Source of the DNA: Centroscyllium fabricii
Taxonomy: Eukaryota
Assembly (NCBI GenBank): GCA_051313645.2
Contig: JBNRSN020000031.1
Location: 18,662,001 to 18,726,000, forward strand
Length of the DNA stretch: 64,000 nt
Reading direction: 5' to 3'
Shown here: positions 35,707-47,934 of the stretch, in pieces
Numbering within the stretch: the stretch's first letter is position 1
Layout: every line of letters begins with the position of its first letter
Notes under the pieces: generated by a model
What the model was told of the DNA's origin: nothing
The model's input: the letters and a program-made list of their open reading frames with translations, nothing else
Databases searched by the model: none
Made by a program: the position numbers and the translations under genes

Positions 35707-36369
35707 AGGGGCGAGTTTGCAGTTAACTGAAGAATAAATATAGATCGGCTTTTAAAAATGTGGGAAAGAAAGGAGAAGTGTGCTTCTGTTGGACACACTC
35801 AGTGAACTCCTGTTTTTAATCCATTTGATTGATTTATGTTGGTACCAGATTGAGCATATCTCGGCTTCCTTTAGTCCACGATTCATTTCAACTCCGTTTT
35901 CAATAGGCCCCCAACAAGCATGCATTAAAAGGTGTGTATTGTAACTGCAACGTATTCAGTGGGTAGTGTATAGGTTAGGTTGTCTTCCCTAATGGTGTGT
36001 GTAGGTTTGGGTTTCACGTTGCCAATGTTAATGTATCTGGAAACAGAGACGCACAAATGTTGTTGTTGTCGATCAGTTCACCTTGAAGGGAATCTCGTTC
36101 AGCTGTCTTTTGCAGTGTACCTCTGTAATCTCATTTTTGTTTAATTGACTTTATTGAAGTCATCCTGACCCCCCTGGTTTAAGCACTGCTAATTTTAACT
36201 GATGCGCCGACCCATTCCTGGTTTCATTAAGGAGCATCCACTGTAACCAGGCATATTTTGTTGTGCTTTTTTTCTTTTCAGAAAGCTATAAAGGTCTAGA
36301 ATTTATTCAAGTGTAGCCAGTGTATACGATTTTTACTAACCTGTGGAAAAAAGCTGGAATACACAAATA

Positions 36370-36648
36370 CAGGTCCGGCACCGTTAATCCGGAAACTTCA
36401 GTCATCCGGCACGAATACGGGCCTCTCCCCGACTGGTCTGCACAAGCACAGACCATTCAAAATGGCCGCCGCGCATGTGCAAACCATTCAAAATGGCCAG
36501 CGCCGTTCATTTTGAATGGTTTGCGCATGCACAACGGCCATTTTGAATGGTCTGTGCATGCGCTCGCCGAAGCTTCAGTCGTTTGGATTTTTCACTAGTC
36601 CGGCACCGGCCTGGTCCCAACGGTGCCGGATTAACGGTGTCGGACCTG
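36370..36648. mobile_element. Tigger-like MITE, CAGGTCCG subfamily
   Basis: TA-CAGGTCCGGCACCGTTAATCCGG ... CCGGATTAACGGTGTCGGACCTG. Confidence 0.87.
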
Positions 36649-36807
36649 CAGTGAGATTTACTGTGTCCCCCACATAAAATTTGTGGCAAGTCCGTTAGAC
36701 AATAAATGCACCGTTGTGATAATTTTTCACCTGGATTGTTTTCATGAACTGCAATAATGTAAATAGTGCATAATGTGTTTTTAAAATCCTTGTATTTACT
36801 ATGTTAG

Positions 36808-36953
36808 GCCCTGCAGTGGTTCCACCTCAGTATTACGGTGTTCCATGGGGTGTTTATCCAGCGAATCTCTTCCAGCAGCAAGCTGCAGCAGCAGCTGCTA
36901 ACAACTCTGCAAACCAGCAGGCCGCATCACAGGCACAGCAAGGGCAGCAACAG
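36808..36953 (+). CDS. PUM1: PUM1 exon (~10): [49 protein letters not shown]
   Basis: ttag acceptor. Homology ends at CAG|GCAAGT, a non-canonical GC donor. 146 nt keeps frame with the next exon. Confidence 0.92.
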
Positions 36954-37368
36954 GCAAGTCACCCATCTGTTTATAGCTTGGTACATGACAACATTAACAC
37001 TGAATCTGGGAAATTGGGCAAATATGTTTTGGTTTGGAACACAGGCATGGACTTTGCCCACTTTGAAATATTTTTGGGCGATTCTACCACAATCTTTTCA
37101 TCTTTACGGCCTTTAAAGATTCAGCGTTCTGCTTTTAAATTACATCGATCGAATGTGAGGTAAAAACATTTGTAAAATACATATCTAATGTGCCGTAAAT
37201 AAATTAATGTCAAGGAACGCCATTATTACAGTCACTGTCGAATGCACTTGGTCAGGTTTTTAAAAAGGTGTAGATTGTAAAGTTGTATTTATACTGATCA
37301 TCTTTAAAAGCTGTATAAGTGGGGCTAAAGTGTTAGCGAAGTGTTAGTGGCCAGTTTACAAAAGTCAG

Positions 37369-37455
37369 TCTGGCAATGATGACACACTTGCCCTCACTGA
37401 GAACAGTGTTCGATAATGAGAATTTAAATTCTGTACTCAAAAGACCTGAGCCAGA
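37369..37455 (+). ncRNA. SNORD103: C/D box snoRNA, SNORD103/SNORD85 family, copy 2
   Basis: 10-bp stem tcagtctggc/gccagactga, same C box, guide, D' and D boxes. Nearly identical to copy 1. Confidence 0.92.
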
Positions 37456-37614
37456 CTGAGTATAGTGTTGTTGCAGCTAAAACTGATAATTATAGGGTGC
37501 TTAGATGTTGGATTGATCTTCATACAATTTGGAGCTATTGCTCTACCCTGGAATTGCGTCTTTTAACTTATTTTGCTTGAATTTTTTTTTTGTTTTAAAC
37601 TATCTTCTATTCTA

Positions 37615-38213
37615 CATGGAGGCGTGGAGTATAAAAGTAGGGAGGTGATGATGGAGCTGTACAAAACACTGGCGAGGCCACAGCTGGAGTATTGTGTGCA
37701 GTTCTGGTCGCCACACTATAGGAAGGATGTGATATCTTTGGAGAGGGTGCAGAGGAGATTCACCAGGATGCTGCCTGGGATGGAGAGCTTAGAGACTGGA
37801 TAGGCTGGGGTTGTTTTCCTTGGAGCAGAGGAGGCTGAGAGGGGACATGATTGAGGTGTACAAAATCATGAGGGGCATAGATATGGTAGATGGCGGGCAA
37901 CTTTTTCCATTGGTGGAAGGGTCAATAACAAGGGGGCATAGATACAGGGTAAGAGGCAGGAGGTTTTGGGGGGATGTGAGGAAGAACTTTTTCACCCAGA
38001 GGGTGGTTGGAGTCTGGAACTCACTGCCTGAAAGGGTGGTAGAGGCGGGAACAGTCACAACGTTCAAGAAGCATTTGGATGTACACTTGAAAGGTTACAA
38101 CATACAAGGCTACGGTCCAAATGCAGGAAAGTGGGATTAGAATAGACTAGGTTTGGATGGGCGGCACGGACGTGATGGGCCGAAGGGCCTCTTTCTGTGC
38201 TGTATGACTCTAC
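37615..38213 (+). mobile_element. CR1 LINE 3' end
   Basis: EYKSREVMMELYKTLARPQLEYCVQFWSP...GYGPNAGKWD; same family as 24696-27204. Confidence 0.9.
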
Positions 38214-38789
38214 CTTAGAATATGCTGACAGCCGGAATAATGGTTTCTTTTTTTGAAGTCTGGTGTTGATTCCCTGATGACCCTCCTTGTATGTCCCGTG
38301 AATAGCTGAGCCACAGCAGGAAAGTCACTCGTCCCATCACCGATCTCTGCTGAGGTAGTGATAGGGGTGCTATTGTTGGTCTCTTGAGCCCTTGGTCAGG
38401 AAAGGTAATGCGGGCTAACATACTTAGGCCGCTTCCAATGCACCGGCCCCTGACAGACATGCGAGGGTGAGGACACACTAGGGCTTGGCTAGGGTCGTCG
38501 TCCCATTCCCCACCCCCGCACAAAACAGACAAAAAAGTGAATAATGGATGAAGCCCCGAGGTTGCTTAGCACCTGTGCAATAATACTTTAGTGATGAATC
38601 TGCACCTTAAGGAAAAGAGGGGAAAGGAGACCATTAGCAAGGAAAGTCTACCACCCCTATTTCCCACAAGATAGAATAATAAATTCTGTTACACTTTTCT
38701 TTGAATCGTGAATGTGGCGATCTACATCACAGTGCCTTCTAAGTGTGAAGCACTGTTGGGCTGCCCCCAACTGTCTCGACACCTGTTTA

Positions 38790-38915
38790 ATATCTGTTAC
38801 ATCTCCAGCTTTTTCCAGTTCTGATGAAGGGTCCCAGACCTGAAACGGTGACTCTGTTTCTCTCTCCACGGATGCTGCCTGGCCTGCTGAGTTTCTCCAG
38901 CGTTTTCTGTTATTT
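38790..38915 (+). mobile_element. Penelope-like pLTR fragment, family B
   Basis: CTGATGAAGGGTCCCAGACCTGAAACG..ACTCTGTTTCTCTCTCCAC; ends just upstream of the acceptor at 38941. Confidence 0.6.
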
Positions 38916-38941
38916 CAATAGTCCCGTCTGTTTTATACCAG

Positions 38942-39080
38942 GTTCTGCGTGCTGGAGCCAATCAGCGGCCTTTGACCCCGAATCAAAGCCAACAAGGACA
39001 ACAAGCAGACAGCCTGGTAGCGGCTGCAGCTGTGAACTCAGCCCTGGCTTTTAGCCAGGGACTGGCCACTGGAATGCCAG
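38942..39080 (+). CDS. PUM1: PUM1 exon (~11): [46 protein letters not shown]
   Basis: ccag acceptor, GTATAT donor, 139 nt. Confidence 0.94.
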
Positions 39081-39794
39081 GTATATTATTGCTTACTTCT
39101 GTGCAGCAGATGCGTGCCTTATTATTTGGTGGGGAAAGGTTGTTTACAGAAACCTCACTGCATTATGAACAAGTTAATTGTTGGCAATTGTAGAACTTTT
39201 TCAAGTTCCAACGATACATAGCTGAATTCTGGGAAGTAATTGGTCAGCTTTCCTCATTTTCTGAAGAACTTATAATGAAAAGCATGGGAAATGTTATGGA
39301 GCATATTTCTGCTGTGTACACATAAAATTATAACTAATCCCTTCTTGAAAAGTGCTTGGAACAAAAACCTTTTTAGCAGTAGAAATCTTACCATGTGAGT
39401 ATTTCGTAAATTTTAAATTAAAAAATCCAAACCAGCTGAATTTTAGAAATGCTTTTTGAATGCTGCAATTTCCGAATAACTTGCACAGACCTGATTACTG
39501 TACCAGCTAGGATTGAGTTCCAAGTGCACAGTGTCTGGTTATGTAAACTATTTCTGTTATTGGTGGATTTGCTGTCACTGCTGAAGCACAAGGTCAAAGA
39601 AGGAAGTTTAATCATAATTTGCAATTTTAGATGTACAGAAAAGCTGGTTAAAATCAACCAGTTCAGTACAGGCTAGCAGGGAGCACACCAAATTAGATGT
39701 TAACGGTGGTTAATCTTAAAGTTAAAGACTTTTCGCTCAACATTGGAAGTTTTAAAATAAAGCACTGTTGGAGATGTTGTCATTTTTGAATTTG

Positions 39795-39879
39795 TCTGGC
39801 AGTGATGACACACTTGCCCTCACTGAGAACGATGTTCAGTTATGAGAACTTCACTTGTACTCAAATGATCTGAGCCAGA
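39795..39879 (+). ncRNA. SNORD103: C/D box snoRNA, SNORD103/SNORD85 family, copy 3
   Basis: Stem gtctggc/gccagac, C box GTGATGA, identical guide ACTTGCCCTC-A-CTGA, terminal CTGA. Confidence 0.9.
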
Positions 39880-40429
39880 CGTTGCTAACAGTTTGATGTT
39901 TTGGTTAGCGCTACAAGCTGAAATACTAATTTGCTTAAAACACAACACATTGTGAATGTGCAGGAGCTGCATGTTTTTGCCACAGGCCGATTTTAATAAA
40001 ATATTGTAATACTTCACAACCTCTCCATGATCTAGTCAACATTCATGTCCTGATGTAGGTTTATGGGGGGGGGGGGGGGCTGATTTCCGGACATGTTGAA
40101 GATCCAGATTCCAACAGCTTGCAATGACATAGCGCCGACAACATAGCAAAATGTTACAAAGCGTTTCACTGAGGTGTGATCAGAACTACGCAACACTGGG
40201 CGAAAGATCAGATTGGATGGGGTGACCGCAAGCTTGGTCAAAGAAATGGGTTTTAAGGCAGGTCTGAAAGGAGGAGAGGGAGGTGGGGGGGGGGGGCGGT
40301 GGGGGGGGGCGCTCAGGGGAGGAATTGGAGCCGTGGGCCGAGACGCCTCAAGGCACCTTGCGCTACCATTGATGGTGGAGGTGGCACTAAAAACCAGAAT
40401 CTGCGGAATGCAGAATTCTGGTTGGGGAA

Positions 40430-40790
40430 TAAGAACATAAGAAATAGGAGCAGGAGTAGGCCAATCGGCCCCTCGAGCCTGCTCCGCCATTCAACAAGAT
40501 CATGGCTGATCTGATCCTAACCTCAGTTTTATTTTTACTCTCCACCCCGCCCAAACCCATGTGATCACCCGGGAGAGGCGAAAAACCAGATAAAAAACCC
40601 AGTAGCCAATTTGGGAGAAAAAATCTGGGAAATTCCTCTCCGACCCGTCTAGGCGATCGAAAACTGGTCCAGGAGATCACATGGCCGATCTGAACCTAGC
40701 CTCACGCCCACTTACCTGCCCGCTCACCGTAACCCCTAATTCCCTTTAATTCCAGGAAACTGTCTACCTCTGTTTTAAATTTATTCAACG
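40430..40790 (-). mobile_element. CR1/HER1 3' tail with an inserted second repeat (~40525-40685)
   Basis: Matches 47935-48110 when the central block is removed. Confidence 0.6.
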
Positions 40791-40839
40791 TAGGGGAATG
40801 CGGGGAAAGTGCCGGGGAGGTAACAGAGACAAGGACGGA

Positions 40840-41190
40840 CAAAACCATAGTGGGATTTAAACACAAGGGATGAGAATTTTATGAGGTTTTGGGATACTGG
40901 GAGCCAATGCCAGCGAGAAAGGGGTGATGATTGAGCTGTATTGTTGTGGAACAGGATGATGGCAGCAGAGATTTGGATGAACTGAAATTTATTGTGGGTG
41001 GAAGATGGACGGTCAGCCAGGAGAGCATTGGCATAGTCTAGTCTGGAAGTGACGACAGCACGGATGAGGGTTTCGGCAGCAGATAGTTGGAGGCATGGGT
41101 GGAGACAAGTGATGTTCGGAGATGAAGAGAGGAGGCATGCGGGAGGGAGGTTTAGCTTGCAGTCAGAATAGGCCGAGGTTGCCCTTGCTT
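40840..41190 (-). mobile_element. L2-clade LINE fragment
   Basis: AAETLIRAVVTSRLDYANALLA...LPV motif (ORF 40781..41200). Confidence 0.75.
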
Positions 41191-41598
41191 CACCTCCCAA
41201 TTTCCACCCCTCTCCTCTGGTGATGACTCCTTTTGTGAGCAGGCTAGTGACTGACGGGCAGTTTGATCACAGCAGAGGCCGGTCTGGTTCTCGCCCGTCT
41301 TCCAAGAGTAGACGTCCCACAGGCTTGGAATCGGCCCCTCCTAGCATGGAAGCATTGAGGCCAGTTTCAATTCCTTGGTCACCAGTCTAGTAGACATCAA
41401 CAAACTAAACACAGGGCAGGGGATTGACTTTGTGATATTTTTGGTAGGTGTGGCTGTCACACATGACACAGTGAATTTACCAGCTGAGCTACTGAAGGCA
41501 AATAGACGTTGAATGAATTCTGAACTGTTAAGTGTTGACTGCAATCTCTAAATGCTAGGCTGTTTCTCATTACTGCATTTCCACTTGGCATTTCTTAA

Positions 41599-41847
<249 letters not shown>

Positions 41848-43443
41848 TAAAAACTGAACCCTGGTAGGTCGTTGTCATTTCAGATGCTGCAGTGTTTTCA
41901 CCGTCTGACCCACGAGCCTATTTACCCTGCACTAGAAGTTTTCTTGTCATAAAATAGCAGTCATAACGAATCTTCAGCTGTCGTCATGAGATATTTCTTT
42001 TACCGTGGCACTTTTGCAGTTCTTCCACCCCCCCCCCCCCCCTTTTGCTTCTAATTTTCTGACGAATATTGCGCTCTTCAAATTGAACAATCTTAGTTTG
42101 CAGAAATTAAATTAACCCTTTTATTGCACAGTTACTGCAGCTTAAACCTCACCCTGCTCTGCCCCAACTATATGCAAAGCCCCCCCCCCCCCCCCCCCCC
42201 TTCTCCTGCCACTTTCCGTGCCAGTAATCCACTGGCCTTTGTGAGTGAGATTACCTATTGGTGTCAAATTAGGGGGAGTTTTACGCTGTGAAAACACACC
42301 CAGCAGAAACTGGATTGACTCGGCCCAAATTCATTTCTCAGTTTCTGAATAACTTAAAAAAAAAAAAAAATCAACTCCCCTCAATTTCCCCCCGCTTGCC
42401 ACGCACATTCTTGCAGGAGAGGTTCTGCAGCTCAGTTTGAAAACATTGAGTTTGACGTGAGTATTTTAGCCAAAAGCATATATTGATCGTTGCATCAGCT
42501 TTGGAGGGCATGAGTTCAAATCCCAGCACGGCAAGTTATGAACTTTAATTGAATCTGTCAATGAATTGTGGGCTGGCACCAGGAACAATCCTGCCAGATT
42601 AGCGTAAAAATCAAAACCGGTTCACTAATGGGAAGAGAACCTGCGACCTCTACCCAGCCTGGTCTGGTCTACAAGTGAGAAGTCCACACTGAATTCTGAA
42701 AGACGTCTGACGTGGCAAGTCAGTCATTTGCTCGGGCAATGAGGAATGGGAAATAAAGGTGGCTTGGCCAGCATCAGCCCCAACCTGGAACACATTAAAC
42801 AAAAATTGTATTGTGGGAACGCAATCAGTAGAATCATTCACAATAAAACGATTTGTGGTTACAATGATCTCACATCAATGACCAGTTGCAATGAAAGTTG
42901 TTCAGTTTTTATGATGGTGCAACTTAACATAAAACTTAATCAAATGTTGCTCCATTTAATGGCCTAATTTAAACAATTGATTCTAACTGGACCACGTTGA
43001 TGTTTGAATTGCCCTCTGTTCGAGTGCCCCCATGATCCCCCTTAAAGGTTCAGTCAAAAATTGAAGTGTTCTTTCACATATGTCGGCCCACTTCTGTATC
43101 GTAATTATATTGTGATTCTGCAACACTAACCATGTTGTCGAACCTCATGTTTATATTGCGGAGCAGTTTTTACAGCAGCCGGTTCCATTTGAACATTGGG
43201 AGCAGGTTTGGTCACATGGGTGTCATTGATCATTGTAACCACAAATCGTTTTAAAGGGAGGGTGTCGCTTGATGTGAATTCTCCCAGCAGAATGAGGCCT
43301 GGTACAGCCCCCAGCCCAGTGATATTCCTTTAAAGGACGCAGATAATCCGATAAAGTTGTCAACCTTTCTGTTCCTGCTGCATTCCGATCTCATCGTCTG
43401 TACGTTAAACACTTCAGTGGATCTTTCTTTCTGTTTATGACAG

Positions 43444-43737
43444 TTGCCGCGGCAGCAGCCACAGCGAATGGTACAGCTGGTGGGCTAGCAGGGACAGCAA
43501 ATGGCTCCTTTCGCCCGATGGGCGGCCAGCAGCCACAGCAACAACCGCAGCAGCAGCCCACCAACAGTTTGGCCTCAAACTCATTCTACGGTAACAATTC
43601 CCTGTCTAGCACTTCACAAAGCAACTCACTGTTCTCCCAGGGGTCTGGCCAGCCTGGCAGCACTTCCCTGGGCTTTGGAAGCACGAGTTCACTTGGGGCT
43701 ACACTTGGATCGGCACTTGGAGGATTTGGCTCAGCAG
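43444..43737 (+). CDS. PUM1: PUM1 exon (~13): [17 protein letters not shown]...[16 protein letters not shown]
   Basis: gacag acceptor, GTACAT donor, 294 nt. Lies within ORF 43437..43769. Confidence 0.93.
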
Positions 43738-43895
43738 GTACATTTATAATTGTAGGAATGCAATGCTAACTGCACAACTTTAATGGTCGAGTGTTGTATG
43801 AGTGGTGTTGGACTGAGTCGTCACGTTTTCCCTGCCAGGCATGTGCCTTCACGTATTTGTTGGCTGACTTGACGAGACATTATTCAAAGACTTAA

Positions 43896-44286
43896 GGGCG
43901 GCACGGTGGCATAGTGGTTAGCACCATTGCCTCACCGCACTAGAGACCCGGGTTCAAATCCAGCCTCGGGTGACTATCTGTGTGGAGTTTGCACATTCTC
44001 CCCGTGTCTGCGTGGGTTTCCTCCGGGTGCTCCGGTTTCCTCCCACAGTCCAAAGATGTGCGGGTTAGGTTGATCGGCCAGGATAAATTGACCCTTAGTG
44101 TTAGGGGGATTGAATATGTGGGGTTACAGGGAGAGGGTGAGCTACGTGTCGGTGGAGGCTCGATAGGGATCGAGGGATATGGGGAGAAGGCAGGGATAGG
44201 GTGCTGGGTTTGGATGATCAGCCATGATCTGATTGAAAGGCGGAGCTGGCTGGAAGGGCGAATAGCCTACTCCTGCTCCTATCTTC
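43896..44286 (+). mobile_element. Full-length HE1-like SINE
   Basis: A/B boxes, V-domain, HER1-type tail. Confidence 0.9.
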
Positions 44287-44672
44287 ATAGAAACTAGGAG
44301 CAGGAGTAGGCCATTCGGCCCTTCGAGCCTGCTCCGCCATTCAATGAGATCATGGCTGATCATCCAAACCCAGTATCCCGCCCCTGCCCTCTCCCCATAT
44401 CCCTATCGAGCCTGCATCAACACATATCCCACCCTATCCCCGTAACCCCACATATTCAATCCCCCTAACACTAAGGGTCAATTTATCCTGGCCAATCAAC
44501 CTAACCCGCACATCTTTGGACTGTGGGAGGAAACCGAAGCACCCGGAGGAAACCCACGCAGACACGGGGAGAATGTGCAAACTCCACACAGATAGTACCC
44601 GAGGCTGGATTTGAACCCGGGTCTCCAGTGCTCTGAGGCAACAATGCTAACCACTATGCCACCGTGCCGCCC
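44287..44672 (-). mobile_element. Full-length HE1-like SINE inserted in the tail of the previous copy
   Basis: Opposite orientation; ATCTTC duplicated on both sides, and the host tail resumes as ATCTTCTATGTT. Confidence 0.9.
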
Positions 44673-45562
44673 ATCTTCTATGTTACGGCGCACTTCAAAT
44701 GTACTTGGGAGCCAGTAGCTTAATTTTCTTGCGCTAAAACCATCTCCAAAAACAAAAGATCTTAAAGTGCCACGCAATAAGCTGATTTCTGCTTTTGTAG
44801 CATTGAGATAAAGTCTAATGACACATGTCTAGCAGGTTACAACGTGATACTTCAGGTTTGTCATGAGGCACATAATGATATCGACACGCTATCAGAAAAA
44901 TCACATCTAAGTTAATACTCTTTTCAGTGTTAATGCCAATGCATACCTTGTGTGTTAATTCACCCGTGTAGTCACCAGTATTTCTACCCTAATGTTTCCT
45001 CAAAATGCCCGCTCCGGGCACAACACAAGTTTGGAAAGATAATATCTAACTGTACTGCTGGGTGCTCTCCGTCGTTTTAAGTCGACCTAGCATGTAAATT
45101 TGGCCCACCCATCATTATGCTTCACTGAAATCCTAGTGACAGCACTGATCTTGCAGCAAGCTTAGAATAATTGCCGAGAATTTATTAGTTTTCCACCAAA
45201 AAAAAAAGTGGGCTGTTTGTCACTCCAGGGTGTACTTGGATCCTAAGCGGTAGGTAGTGAAGCAGTCCTTCTGATCTACAGAGACTAATGGTGTGGAAAC
45301 GGCATTTAATTCCATATGCAGAGCTGTCCACATGCGGAAATTGAGAGATTTATGGTCAAAAAAAGAAGCGGTTTATGCACCCATGTTAAACACATGCTAA
45401 TTTTTTTAAGAGTTGAGGTACATCAAATTGTTAACCTTTCGAAATGAAAATGAATCGATTCTTATTCCAAAGGCTTGGACAGGTCTGCATATTTTTGTGC
45501 ACACAAAGTTGATTTATTGTAGGCGATCAAAAGTAAACCCTTTTTTTAATTTTGTTTTTAAG

Positions 45563-45799
45563 TTGGAAGCTCAAACACCAGCAGCGGCACACGGAGAGAC
45601 TCCCTAACTGGTAGCTCTGATCTGTACAAGCGAACGACCAGCAGCCTTGCTCCCATTGGCCACAACTTTTACAATGGGTTGGGATTCTCCTCCTCCCCGG
45701 GCCCAGTAGGGATGCCTCTTCCAAACCAGGGTCCCAGCCACTCGTTAACACCACCGCCATCATTATCATCACACGGATCATCATCGAGCCTTAACCTGG
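45563..45799 (+). CDS. PUM1: PUM1 exon (~14): [33 protein letters not shown]...[17 protein letters not shown]
   Basis: T-rich tract with AAG acceptor, GTAAG donor, 237 nt. Confidence 0.94.
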
Positions 45800-45918
45800 G
45801 TAAGAGGGGTGGGTAACTCTCTTATTACAGATGATTTTTTTTTTGTCACAAATTTCTAATTATGCCAGGAGTTAGAACTATTGTCTGAAATATTACAGGG
45901 CCATAAAACGTGACTTTA

Positions 45919-46339
45919 CAGGTTGAGCACCGTTAATCCGGACGCCATTTGTCTGGCAACTTCAAACGTTCGGCGCGAATCTGGCCGACTGATGCGCGCA
46001 TGCGCAAAATGGCCGCCGCGCATGCCAGGCCTCTCCCCGACTGGCCTGCGCGTGCGCAGAATGGCCACCGCGCGTGGCTGCGCATGCCCAGGCCTCTGCC
46101 CGACTGCCCTGCACATGCGCAAAATGGCCGCCGCGCGTGGCTGCTCATGCCTGGGCCTACCCGATTGGTCTGCGCATGCCTGTGCCTCTCGGTGGGCGCA
46201 TGCGCAGACCATTCAAAATTTTGCGGCGGATATTTTGAATGGTCTGCGCATGCGCTCACCGAGCTTCAATCATTCGGAGTTTTCAAAAATTCGGCGCGGT
46301 CCTGGTCACGACCGCGCCGAATTAACGGTGCTCAACCTG
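45919..46339. mobile_element. Tigger-like MITE
   Basis: TA-CAGGTTGAGCACCGTTAAT ... ATTAACGGTGCTCAACCTG-TA; many GCGCATGC and AAAATGGCCGCC modules. Confidence 0.92.
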
Positions 46340-46512
46340 TACCAGCAGATGCCTGTGTGATTTTTTAAAAAATTGTTGAGCATAATTTGGATTTCTTTGA
46401 CAAAAAGCAGAAATACTATAGGAAGAAAAGTCTTCATGAATATTAAGTTGAGTCTATTGATGTAGGAGAATTGGTTGGAGAATCTTAAACTGTTCAGGGT
46501 GTTTGCGATCCA

Positions 46513-46604
46513 TTGGCGATGATGACACACTTGCCCTCACTGAGAGCTGTTGCACACTGCTCCTTTATGAGACTAATTCATGTACTCATTATGGGCTGAG
46601 CCAA
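46513..46604 (+). ncRNA. C/D box snoRNA, SNORD103/SNORD85 family, divergent copy 4
   Basis: Stem ttggc/gccaa, C box ATGATGA, same guide and D' box, divergent 3' half, D box CTGA. Confidence 0.87.
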
Positions 46605-47038
46605 GAGTGCACCTGATTGTTTCAGAATAGTCTTTGTGTACGTGTTGAGTTAGTCACAGCAGTTAGTGGGCCATAATGTCGAGCTTTGCTTTTAATGTTG
46701 GTTGTCGTATAAGATTTAAAAGCCTGTTGGCGTCAAATCTGAGTAAATCGGCCTGATTGGGGATAAAGTATATCTGCAGCCTAGCATTGCACACAAATTA
46801 AGTGTGTACCATACTTACCCAACAGCTGTAAATCACCTCACTGAAGTAAATCAACTGATGCACCTTTAAATGGAAAGCTGCCCTTTTAAAAGATCAAGCT
46901 GCTAAGAAGAACTTACAAGTGCTTCGAAAACATTGTTTCCTCTTGATTTTGTCAAACCAAGATGTTCAAAATATATAGTGCCAATGACCTCATTGGGTGG
47001 TTCAAGTAATTGCAATGTTGATGCATTTGTAATGACAG

Positions 47039-47306
47039 GTGGGCTGACAAATGGAAGTGGAAGATTTATCTCGGCGGCCCCGGGTGCTGAAGCCAAGTAC
47101 CGCAGTGTCAACAGTGCCTCCAGTCTGTTCAGCTCCAGCAGTCAGTTGTTTCCACCGTCGCGTCTGCGGTATAGCATGTCAGATGTGATGCCATCGGGGC
47201 GCAGCCGATTACTGGAAGATTTCCGTAACAACCGTTATCCAAACCTTCAGCTGCGCGAGATAGCCGGCCACATCATGGAGTTCTCTCAGGATCAACACGG
47301 CTCAAG
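47039..47306 (+). CDS. PUM1: PUM1 exon (~15): [23 protein letters not shown]...[36 protein letters not shown] (start of PUM-HD)
   Basis: gacag acceptor, GTGCGG donor, 268 nt. [19 protein letters not shown] is the PUM1 version; PUM2 has NNRFPNLQLRDLIGHIVEF. Confidence 0.97.
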
Positions 47307-47469
47307 GTGCGGTATTTGAATTGGCGTACATTTTACACAGGTTAATTGAGTATCACAAAAATACAGCAAAGTACTTTAGGCAGGGGGGAGACCATTGATC
47401 CATCTCGCCTGTCAGTGCAGAAGTGACGCACGAGGATTAATTATTGCCTCCCTAATAACTAAGTTGATT

Positions 47470-47680
47470 ATAGAAACTAGGAGCAGGAGTCGGCCATTCG
47501 GCCCTTCGAGCCCGCTCCGCCATTCAATGAGATCATGGCTGATCATCCAAACCCAGTACCCCGCCCCTACCCTCTCCCTATATCCCTCGCTCCCTATCCC
47601 CGTAACCCCACATATTCAATCCCCCTAACACTAAGGGTCAATTTATCCTGGCCAATCAACCTAACCCGCACATCTTTGGA
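47470..47680 (-). mobile_element. 5'-truncated HE1-like SINE
   Basis: Tail and 3' body match other copies. Confidence 0.78.
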
Positions 47681-47934
47681 TTATGGCACCGCCCATTGTT
47701 GAACTTGGCCGTACAGATCAGAAGGCCTCAATTTTGTTTCCTAGCCTATCGACCTTGGCTCAGGCAACAACTCGGGCACTACAATTGGTCACAATATACA
47801 GGGTTAGAGTAGAGCAAAGTCAGATCTTGGTTATTATGTAGTGTTTCCTGTTGGGTGGTGCATATGTGTAGATGTTAGCAGAGGCCAGGATTGGGGTTGG
47901 ATCTGGTGTCACTCACGACCCAAAATGTCCAATA

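Noticed and set aside
43896-43970. tRNA-like sequences with A and B boxes (also at 54291 and on the - strand elsewhere)
   Set aside because: These are SINE heads continuous with V-domain and LINE-derived tails, not tRNA genes.
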